The notes beneath the pieces are model-generated. The model was not told the DNA's origin. It worked only from the letters and a program-made list of their open reading frames with translations, and ran no database searches. Source: Podarcis vaucheri (lineage: Eukaryota). From it: DNA of 64,000 nt. Each line of letters begins with the position of its first letter. The first letter of the stretch is position 1. Shown here piece by piece: positions 25,307-34,635 of the stretch. Location of the stretch: the NCBI GenBank assembly GCA_965113315.1, contig OZ220363.1. The stretch is one strand, 5' to 3'. Both the position numbers and the translations under genes were made by a program.

Positions 25307-26032
25307 TTCTCTGTTGTGGTGTCCACATTAAGGAACAGCCTGCCTAGGGAGATGCACTTGACTTCCTCATTGCTTGCCCTTCAGCAAGCAGTGAAGAACA
25401 TCTTATTCCAGCAGGTGCTCACTTAACCTGGCCTCTCTCCATGATGTTTTAATTGTTGTTTTCAGCTGTTGTCTTACTGGTTTGTATTTATGATTTGTAT
25501 TTTATGACTGTAGCCGTGGTCTTGTTGTAAGCTGCCTTAGTCCACTTCTGTGAGCAAAGGCAGGTAGAAGTAACTGAATACATAAGAAACATAATAAATA
25601 TATAATTTTGGGGCAAACTTTGTTACTTAGTGTTGTGATTTTGGGTTCTGCCATGGGTCACAGCGCTACCTGCTCCTTCAGGCTTCCTGCCCACAACTCA
25701 TGAGACATATTAGATTGGGGTGTGTGTGTGAAATTAGTGGTGCCAGGGCTCTTAGATCCTATTCTCTGCACTCTGCCTCCTTGCCTGTGTAGTGTTGGAG
25801 GGGTTGGAAAATTGTATACAGTGGCATGTCTGTGTGGCTGCATGCTGAGCATATTCAAACTATTTCTTAGCATCCAGGTCCATCATTTTGCCTCTGGAAT
25901 GTGGGTAACCCATTATTTTTTTTCTATCGTAGTTCCACCTTTTGCTTTTAACCATTTCCTGACTCCCCTAGGTCAGAAACATCCTCACCCAATTGGCTGC
26001 AAGTCCTGAAGTTGAAAAAGAAGAAGTCTTGA
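6806..26032 (+). CDS. TNKS1BP1: Tankyrase-1-binding protein 1 (TAB182), spliced CDS join(6806..6935,7812..8577,9391..9463,10697..12145,14180..15966,20427..20832,22071..22212,22812..22945,23876..24027,25972..26032), 1699 aa
   Basis: All GT-AG junctions are phase-compatible and the exons sum to 5100 nt. Motifs recalled from human TAB182: KPPVKPKP, TTVEEILAKME, RRASEGVLQ, WSLSQSFEW, LLGWSRKDLHSEFG, LGRKRGHRAP, LFPGLNPSALKAKLR, QRSKSCK, PPKPEKSSG, PNWLQVLKLKKKK. Adjacent to APLNR as in human. Confidence 0.93.
7812..8577 (+). CDS. TNKS1BP1: TNKS1BP1 exon 3
   Basis: tttttcctcag| GDARPKPPVKPKP...LSKD AG|gtgagg; phase 1 to 2. Confidence 0.92.
9195..9320. mobile_element. Short palindromic hAT-type MITE (multi-copy)
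   Basis: CAGATGTTGTTGGACT...AGTCCAGCAACATCTGGAGGG...CCCTG; similar copies at ~24520-24640, 31870-31980, 33350-33495, 34855-34975, 38710-38820, 41170-41270 and 57207-57340. Confidence 0.65.
9391..9463 (+). CDS. TNKS1BP1: TNKS1BP1 exon 4 (73 nt)
   Basis: ctttctctcag| ... GGC|gtgagt; phase 2 to 0, the shift needed to bridge exon 3 and exon 5. Confidence 0.8.
10697..12145 (+). CDS. TNKS1BP1: TNKS1BP1 exon 5 (Pro/Ser-rich)
   Basis: tttctctccag| VSLPK...PTGPE |gtaaag; contains RRASEGVLQ, LGGSLAVLP, WSLSQSFEWSFP, WLDELLASPPPS. Confidence 0.92.
12839..13165. mobile_element. Tc1/mariner (Tigger/pogo-like) MITE
   Basis: TIRs CAGTGGTGCCTCGCAAGACGAA / TTCGTCTTGCGGGGCACCACTG flanked by a TA duplication. 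Confidence 0.85.
14180..15966 (+). CDS. TNKS1BP1: TNKS1BP1 exon 6 (acidic repeat region)
   Basis: ctttattag| DLLGWSRKDLHSEFG... GAAAG|gtaaag; phase 0 to 2. Confidence 0.92.
20427..20832 (+). CDS. TNKS1BP1: TNKS1BP1 exon 7
   Basis: Branch-like tctaac, aaacag| ... ENFIFLE|gtaagt; phase 2 to 0. Confidence 0.85.
21069..21221 (+). mobile_element. tRNA-derived SINE with CR1-like tail (Squam2-type)
   Basis: tRNA-like head (TCAGTAGAGCATGAG...GGTTTGAGCCCC), GGGGGTTGGGCTAGATGACC core and GATTCTAT-type tail; partial copies at ~9070-9110, 32315-32362, 41941-42009 (-) and 56913-56966. Confidence 0.75.
22071..22212 (+). CDS. TNKS1BP1: TNKS1BP1 exon 8 (start of conserved C-terminal Tankyrase_bdg_C region)
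   Basis: gctttcag| DTEVLDNTVYRDRVNLGRKRGHRAP...FRDST G|gtagc. Confidence 0.93.
22812..22945 (+). CDS. TNKS1BP1: TNKS1BP1 exon 9
   Basis: ccctgtttag| EPRIVSAVSDEE...LFPGLNPSALK |gtagta. Confidence 0.92.
23876..24027 (+). CDS. TNKS1BP1: TNKS1BP1 exon 10
   Basis: tcctag| AKLRGRNRSAEEG...QRSKSCKI...PPKPEKSS GG|gtaggt. Confidence 0.93.
25100..25590 (+). mobile_element. L2-type LINE 3' fragment interrupted by a (TG)n(GA)n microsatellite
   Basis: AGCCTTCTCTGTTGTGG...GGAACAGCCTGCC (AFSV...NSLP motif) and GTAAGCTGCCTT 3' end; related fragment on the - strand at ~55850-55940 (KAFLVVATQLWNSL). Confidence 0.5.
25219..25300. repeat. (TG)n(GA)n microsatellite
   Basis: Direct reading. Confidence 0.95.
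25972..26032 (+). CDS. TNKS1BP1: TNKS1BP1 last coding exon (exon likely extends to 26047)
   Basis: ctcccctag| SETSSPNWLQVLKLKKKKS* with TGA at 26030-26032; basic NLS-like tail. Confidence 0.93.
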
Positions 26033-27432
26033 AATAAAAACATTCAGGCAAGTTTCTCTTCTCAGATGCAGGGCTTAAGTCTAGCTTTCCAAATGGGCAT
26101 CTGATCCCTAATATTTGTGCAAGTGGGGTCATCATTGCTTTCCAAGTGCACTATATTCAGCACAGCTGGCCATTTTGGTTCTGCAGCTGCAAGAAAAGTT
26201 TGTTGGAATCTTGGCAGTTTGTCAAGCATGCTTACAGAAAAATGTCTGTGGCTGTTGTACATCAAGCATTAAGACCTCTGAATTGTTATCTGAGAGAACA
26301 GGATGAGGCATTTAGGCCTCCTGGAAGTTGAAGCACTCTTCATAGTGGATGTCAGTTGGACAGAGTTATAAGAGTGGCCATTAAATCTCTTCCCTGCTAG
26401 TATCCTTATACCCCAAATTCTCTTCCGTGAGCTCTCACTGAAGTCTTGTCCAGATTGCACTCAGCAGCTTCAGGCTGCTTGTGTTAGCTTTTGCACAAAA
26501 GTGTGATTTCAAATACAATGCTTTTCAGTACACATTTATTTTTGTTGTGTTTGTGTGGGGTGGGGATAGGGAGCTTGGGGAATCCTCCTGTCCTTTTTGA
26601 CCTTTCCATTTACCACTCTGGTAATGTATACTGGGTTAGTCCTGGTACTATAAGGACAAAGCTATAGTTAGTAGAACTGCATGAGCCCAGAAGGCTGCAC
26701 TAGTGGATTACCTGTGCTTGCATTGTGGTAACTGGCACTCTGGAATCCTACATAGGTGAATTATCATGCATGTTCATGATAATCATGCTCTTGCCTAGCT
26801 GTTTGTAATCCCACAGACAGCTGCAGTAGAGGAGCCTAAAACATTTGCCATCTGTCAGAGGTCCATTGCAGTTAATGTAAAGTGACAAGACCATCACAGG
26901 ATGAGTCATGTGCTTTGATTCCTGTGTAAATGGTATGTGCATATTGTAGGTGAGGAAACTAGCTGCCAGGCTGAAGAAGTGTGACTGGTATAGGGCAATT
27001 CCCAATGAGTGCTGCACTGGTTGACCTGGGAATTGTTGCAAAAACAACAGTCTTCCGTCACCTTCAAGACTTACATGTTTATCAAGGCTCAAACGTTTGT
27101 AGACTAGATTCCATTTCGTCAGATGCATGACATATTGTCCTAAGTAGGTGCATGCACGCAATATATGCGCTTTTGGGCTGTGTGGGTGTATGAGGATAGA
27201 AGCAAATGAAATGCAAAAAGTACAGGTCGTGTCATAGCACTTCCATGTATTGCACAGAATGAATGCTAGTCTACAAAAGTTTAGGTCACAATACATTTGT
27301 TACTCTTTGGGCTGTCTTTGCTGCACCAGACTACCATTATTCCAGGAACTAGAGTAGCATTCCAGCAGCTGGAACCGCATGTGGTGGGAAACATCCTGTG
27401 TCTGCAACTTGCAGGCTATTCTAGGAACTTTT

Positions 27433-27457
27433 TGCCACCTAGTGGGCAATGCTGCAC
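27433..27457 (-). promoter_or_regulatory. CTCF motif with upstream (ZF9-11) module
   Basis: Minus strand reads GTGCAGCATTGCCCACTAGGTGGCA, i.e. TGCAG + spacer + CCACTAGGTGGCA core. Confidence 0.6.
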
Positions 27458-27762
27458 ATGACTTCCCGTTTATTTTGGTTGGAGGTAATGGAAGATTGGT
27501 TCCTTGGGAATTCTAATAGAAAGAGAACTGAAGAGGGAATTTGGCATACTAAATATCTATGCAGTTATAAAAGGGCACCTTGATTTGAACGTGCTGCTCC
27601 AAAGGGTGTGTAGGCTTGTGTGGGAGACTAAGCCTTTAACATGTTTTGCCCATGAGCCAAAGTTGGGCGGTGATGCATAAGTCTGTAGGTGGGATTCCTG
27701 CACTATAGCAAATAAGCCTGCCAAGCTTTGTAATTCCTGTCATATTCTTCTTTTTGTTGCAG

Positions 27763-28250
27763 GTGTTGCTCTCCTGCTACTGGGCCCCTGACAGCTGAAG
27801 TTCCAGTGAGCTGTTCACGGGTGGGAGGCAGCATGTTGGGTCTGGAGCCAGAATCCCCACCTAACAACTTAGAGGGATTGGGATGGGGTGGGGGGAGGTG
27901 GGAGGTGGGGAGGGGAGAGGGAAGACAAGGCACATTTATGCACTTTGTATCACATTCAGTCACTCATGCATATGGCGGTCAGATGCTCTCTGCCGCTGTC
28001 CTGGCTGTTTTCTCCTTTTTTCCCTCCTTCTTATACCACATACATTTTTATAAAGTATCTTTATTCTTTTTTTGTAACCAGTCAAGGAGCTTTGTGCTGG
28101 CCCCCTTTTCTTTCACCCCAAGGTAGGGAGGGAAGACAAAGAGGTGAGGCTTCTGCTTTCTCGGCTGCCATATAATGCATTTCAGACAAAAGAAGAATGG
28201 AATTCCCCCCTTTGGCCACTTGAAACAAATAAAGGTTTTATGGTTAAGGA
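27763..28250 (+). other. TNKS1BP1: TNKS1BP1 non-coding terminal exon (3' UTR)
   Basis: Strong acceptor ttcttctttttgttgcag|G at 27762/27763; AATAAA 28228-28233 followed by GT-rich sequence. Confidence 0.7.
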
Positions 28251-30326
28251 GGCACTGTGGTTCCCGCGTGCTTGTGTGTGATCCTCTGAGCTGTATCCTG
28301 AGCCAGCCTTGTTACTTGGCAACCTATTCTTTGAGAGGGGCAGGCAAGCAGGGGTTATAAAATAATGCTGGTGGTGAAATAATGTTTTGCTTTTTAGTGG
28401 ATAAAAACAGGGAGCTTGTTCAATATAGTTTTTATCTTTTTTAAAAATTGATTTTCAGTTTTTACTACTCATTGGCTTAGTCCTGCTGGGAATGTAGGAT
28501 GAGTGTAAATATTAGAATATGAAACTTGGTTCATTAGCTAGTTTCAATATAAATCAGTGTGGAGAATTTTAGTGCTGGGGAGAAACCCAACCGTACCTCT
28601 TGGTTGGTATCTTAAGGCTGAAGATGTGCACGAAAAGATTCTGAGCTCTGAAAGTGCATTCACCAGTCTTCTTGTCCTGTCCTATGTACGAGTAGTGAGC
28701 TCATTCTTTGTGTATTGATCTTTGTGTATCTAAACTACACCACACATACATGGGAACCGCAAGTACAAAAAATCCTTAGGAAAAAACTCAGAGTGCAAGT
28801 CCCAAAATAGTCCAGTTAGAACTGAGTATGTTCAGTGTGCCGAGGATGCTGGTTAGTGGGTGGGTGTGGGGAGGAAAACCAGAAAGGGAGATGGAATGGA
28901 GTACATTTTAAGAGGGCAACACAGGCTGAGCTGGACCCCTGAACAGGAGCACTCCATCCACAATGCAACTTTTTTTGTTGCAAGTCCTACTTGTACATAC
29001 GTAATCCTCTCCAGGACCAAGGTAGCAAATAAACTCTTGGAGTGCTTAGATGTACAAGTGACGGTTTTTAAAACATATATTTTTTAAAAGTCAGATAGCT
29101 TACATTACCCGCGGCAGGAGGGGCAAGATCTGTGGCTGATTCAGTCATGTAATCCCTAGTAAGTATGTGTGCTGATGGCACTGTAGGGGGAGATGAATCC
29201 AGGTTTGCTCTGCAGGGGGAAAAGCTTACACCACATCTTCCCCCGTCCTTCTTTTATATACATCAGCACACACCCTCACTCCTCTTTAACTGGCTTTCTC
29301 TCGTACCTCCTGAATCCCCAAAGAGCAGTTGGGGTGGAGGGAATCTCCAACCTGTGAGTAGGCCTGTGAGGTTGTTTTAGGTGATCCTCTCCCACCTGTC
29401 CAACTCCTGACACCATTGTTCCTTTGCAGCCACAGCTTGAATTCAACGCCATCTCAATTAGGTGTCTTTTACCTGATGTCTGGTGATGGGCAGGTGGGTG
29501 TGGCTTGCCCACTTCCACCTTTGGAACAATAAATTCGGCCCTTGGGCCAAAAGTGGCTCTCCAGCCCTGATTCAGAACAGGTATAAGTCAGGTCACAGCC
29601 ACGATACAGCATGGGGTATTTAATGCAGTTAATTTCATTAGGAAGTACAACAACCTCACTTTACACCTGGCACTGTTACACAGAGACTTTTCACATGTTG
29701 CCTGTGCCAGAAGTGGATTGGCCACTCTCCAGTTTCATAGTAGCCTCAGTTATGCAAGACAAGTATTTCTCAATCTTAAATGAGTCTGGGGTTCCTTTTG
29801 GACACATACTAGCTGGCCTTAACATGTAGTTGTGCAAACATCCTCCTCTTCCTCCTAGATGACAGCTATGCAGGTGTGCATACAGCCAGTCTTCAAATTT
29901 AAATTGGTACCCTTTCTCAGAACTCTTGTGTGTCTCCCCCCCCCCCCATGGGATCTGCAAGCAACGAGGTGAGAATGACAGAAGCAGGGACGCTATAGTT
30001 TTCTTCTGGTCTGGCTGTTGCGCCATTGCTCACTATGGCCTACAAATCAGCCAGCTTTACTAGTGGAACAGAGTATTGAACTTGAGCCCACAGTAGATTA
30101 GCAGCTTAGCCACAATATTTTCTGAAAAGAGGATTTATTCATTCTTGGTCACAGGTTTACCAGGGAGGCACACTTTTGATTTTATACACCTCGATTTAAC
30201 TACAGCACAATCTCGAAGTGCCTTTAACTTGATCCCATTTTCAAATGTTATAGTGTAATTATTATTATTTTGCTTTTCAAACACGCCATTGCACATGTGG
30301 GATTTGCCTGAAACTATTGTGCCTTG

Positions 30327-30345
30327 CACTCACCAGAGGGCACTG
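30327..30345 (+). promoter_or_regulatory. CTCF-like motif
   Basis: TCACCAGAGGGCAC matches CCASYAGRKGGCR at all but the first base. Confidence 0.45.
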
Positions 30346-33300
30346 TGGCACCTTGTAAACTGGCAGCAGACATGTCTTGTTGCTTTGTGCATTCAGTTGC
30401 TACAGATGGACAGGAGAAGCGAAGGCAGTAAGAAACAGCAAGAGAGTAGAAGCATTTCTACCACAGATGGAAAAAAATAATCTCACCACATGCACCCTGA
30501 ACTGGGTTAAAATTGGGTGGGGCCACCAACATAATTCCATCTGTATGCAGAGTGGTCCAGCTCTATCCATGTGCACACTTGAATATGGTCAAAACACTAT
30601 AACTTCCATTGGAAACCAAAGTGGAAAAAGAAGAATTACAGGACTGAAGTGCCAGTAAGGAAAACAGTAAGATTGGGCTCTCTTGGCCTCTACAAGATTG
30701 ATGGCTGAAGAGAATGAGATGTTTGGTCACTTCGAAATCTACATCATTTTTATTGAAGTATTTAGGGGAAAAGCACATGCGGTTGCCTAACTCAAATATG
30801 TTTGAAAAAATTCAAATTTATATAAATTTCCAGTATTCTTGCTTATGGATATGGTTAGTTGCAAGGGTTTCAGAAAAACAAGAGTGTTAAGTCTTAAATT
30901 GTCGTATTTTTAAATGAATGTTATTGCCTTAATAAAGCTTGAAAAATATTTTAAATACTTCACTTTCTCCCCCCTTGCCATCTTTTGAACAGACCTGAGT
31001 AAGCATGAAAATGCCTGAGAATGTTCCCCTGCTTTCCCCATCACTACAGATGTTGCAGAGGCTCCTAAATCTTTCAGCTTGCACAAACATTCCACATTTT
31101 CAGTATTTGTTCTATGTAAAGTATGTGTTATGTGTTTGGCAGGGAGTGAGGGGTGAAGAGGAGAGAGACGTGATGTGATGTCATGGTGTTTGTCTCATTT
31201 CAGTGTGGATTTGTGACTTGGATGCTGCCAAGCCCACTGTTGCTTTGCAATTGTCACACTACTCACCCACTCTTTACAGGGTATTTATACGATGCCATTA
31301 AATCATAGTCCTGTGTTCCCTCCTCTCCATGTTCTCCCCTCCCCCTGCCCAACAGCAGAAAATCTGGCTTTTTTGTTGAAAGAATGGAACAAAAGTGTGT
31401 TAAGAGCTCAATTTTTATACGTGCAGTGTCATATGAAATGTGCAAGCTCAAGACCACACATATATATCCCCACACAATATCACTATTATGTTTCTGGTCA
31501 GCACTGTGTTAGCTGCATTTCTAAAACTCTTTTTTTGGCTATTATATTTAATTACTGAAATATTTGCAGAAGAGCGCTTAAACGAAAAACCATGTCTGTG
31601 CTAATAAAAACAAACAATTAAAAAACCAAGTTTCCAATCAGCATCATTTCATCGTGTTTCATTCTCCCCTCCTGTTTCATATGGACATAAGCATACAATT
31701 GTGCATAAATTGTTTAAGTGCAAATTTAAAACATGCTTGTTAAACTGGCAGGGAGGAAAAGCTTGGAATTGCTTGTTGAGATGATTTTTTCCCCCTTTCC
31801 TGCCCACAAGGCTACGCTACACTAAAGAACACTTAGCACATTCATTTATATTATGATGTATATAATCTTACACTGTTGGACTCCAGCTCCCATCAGCCTC
31901 AGCGAGCATGGCCAGTGGTCAGGGATGATGGGAACTGCAGTCCAACAACATCTGGAGGGTCAATGGTTCCTCATTCCTGGTGGACAATGTCTGTTGCATC
32001 AGAGTCATAACTGCTTAATGATTTTTGTGTGCAAAATGGCTGATGAGAAGCAGCAAGCTTCCCTTGCCTATGCTAAGTTGAGACCCTTTTCATTTAGCTT
32101 TCAAAATTATTTAGAGACGACACTATAGCAATCTAGTGGAGAACGTAAACTGGCAAAATAGGGAAGAGTGATGCATCTCAGTTTTTGAGGGCTGTGCACA
32201 AATCCTCACCTGTGCTTGGGAGTGCAAAGCATAAAGTGCTGCCTCCCCTCACAATAGCAGGACCACATACCTTTGGAATTTCACTTCCCATTCTGTCCTG
32301 GATGCTTCGGCTGAGATTTCTGCATTGCAGGGGGCTGGACTGGATGACCCTATGATTCTATGAAATTCTGTTATTCTATCTGTTGTGCCGAGAAGGTCTA
32401 TGGCACTCCAAGGATAATGGGCTTGGGGCCTGATTTACTTGTGCTGCAATGCCTACAATGGATAGTCATTCAGCTCTGGATGGGAGGAAAGAGGTCTGTT
32501 ATCTCCTTAAGCTGATCTGCATCCAAGCAGAGATTCTCCACTGCTCACATCCCCTCATTGTTACAGTGAGACATGCTATAAATACTTTGCTTACTGTATG
32601 CTGGCCCCAGCTCTCCTGTCCTTTCCTTCCTGTCTCCCTTCCATTTCCTGCCCTCCCTCCCAATCTCAGCCAGGCATCTTCTCTAACATCCAGGCGCACT
32701 TTCAGCACTGAGGGAAAAGTGACGGAAATAGACAGGCGAGTGGCAGCCGGCGCTTTGGAGGGAGGCCCCTGCAGCTGTTGCTACACATCTCAATCCATCG
32801 AAAGGAGCCTGGCTGACGTTTCCAGGCCTGACTGCAGAGAAGGGAGCGTTCCAGCTAAACTGGTTGGCATTGTACCTCTGTGCCAGTAGCACATGCTTGT
32901 CGGCTCACTAGCCTAGCCCAGCGCATCAAAACACTGACAACAATCAAAGAAAGATTTTTCTTTGACACAACATACATTTCTATTTATTCCAAGGAGTTCA
33001 AGGTAGTGGATAGGTGGTAGGTGAGACGGGTGACTGGCCCCAGGCTCCCCAAATAGCTTTATGACTGAGTGGGGACTTGAACCGCTACATCACACAGGCT
33101 GTCATTTAAAGCCCAATGGCTTCTCCCATAGAATCCTGGGAACTATATTTTGCTAAGGGTGCTGGGAGCTGTAGCCCTATGAGGAGTAAATTTGAGTTTC
33201 CAGGAGTCTTGGTGCTTTAAATGTATGATATGAGGGTAGGACTGTAGCTGTGTCCCCAACAAAGATGGAAGAGAGCGTAGGAGAGTTGTTTTTACAAAAG

Positions 33301-34344
33301 GCCAAGTCTCTTAGAAGTTGAATCTTCCTTTGCATTTATTATGGACCAGCCTTCCCCCAAGCTGGTACCACCCTCCCTTGATGTTGTTGAACCAAACACT
33401 TATTCCCACCATCCCTCAACACTGGCCGTGCTGGCTGCTGCTGCTAACAGTTGTGGTCCAAAATGCCTGGGGGTATCATGTTGGAGAAGGCTGCTTTAGA
33501 CAGGTGAAGTTTTCAAATATTTCTAGTCTCCCCCCTTCTGAGGAAAACTGAGGGCAGTTACTTGGTCGTACTTGCTTGTATGTAATAATAAGGTAATTGA
33601 CCAGGGCATGGCGGGAGAGATTGGGCAGCATGGAATCAAAGGGAACACCAGAGAAGGGAGATGCTGCTCTCTGAGTTTATTTATTGCATATTCACGTCTA
33701 ACCCCCTTTTGCTGTGTCTGTTCCCCACTCTTTCATCTGGGCCACTCTCAAATTCACAATCCTTCCTCTCTGAGCTTGATTTGTAACGCCAGTTTCTAGA
33801 CTAGACCTGGCTGGAATTTGCAATTTAAAATATGAGTTGCTTTTCCCAAAGCTGTCTAACATCTGACGTCGTGTCAATACCAGACCCATATTAAATAGTA
33901 ATGATAAAGTCACATCATGCACACCTTTTGTTTTCCTAGAAAAGTTCCTACTTCCATCCATCGATTAAAAGATATTTCAGAGTCTGGGAGTACATGCAGT
34001 ACTATGAGATTGAGCTAGATGAACCAGGACCAATCTTGCACTCTGCCACAAGCTCTCTAGGTGACCTTCATCAAGCCCCTGGCTCTCTCCACACTTCCAT
34101 TTGTCCCCTTCCATTTGTCCCATGATTTCTAGCCCTGGGTCTTTTGCCTTGCTGCTTTCGCCTGGAAAACCCAATGTTTACTATTGAATCAAAACAAATG
34201 TCAGTCTGCAGAAAATCCAATGGATATTTGTTCTGATTTAGCAGTAAACAGCAGGTTTTCTCAGGGAAAGTGGTGGGACAAAAGAAAAATCTCTTGAAAG
34301 CATGGGGCAAACAGAAGTGTGGACCAGCCCTAACGTAAGGAAAG

Positions 34345-34635
34345 CCCTGCAGAATCAGCCACAGTGGCCCATCCAGTCTAGAATCCTGTTCTCACCGTGG
34401 CCAACCAGATGCCTTTGGGAACCCTGCAAGCAGGACCCAGGCACAAGAGCATCCTCTCTGGTTTCCAGCAACTGGTATTCAGAAACTTGTGGTCTCCATT
34501 AGTCGAGGCAGAACATTGCCACCATGGCTAGTAGCCCTTGTTAGCCTTTTAAAGCCATCCACGTTGGTAGCCACCATTACTTGTGGAAGTGAATCCAATA
34601 TGTGAAGATGTCTGTCCTGGGTCTTCCAGCATTCG
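34345..34635 (-). mobile_element. CR1-type LINE 3' end fragment
   Basis: GGCCCATCCAGTCTAGAATCCTGTTCTCACCGTGGCCAACCAGATGCC; a related copy lies in the opposite orientation at ~35660-35750. Confidence 0.55.
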
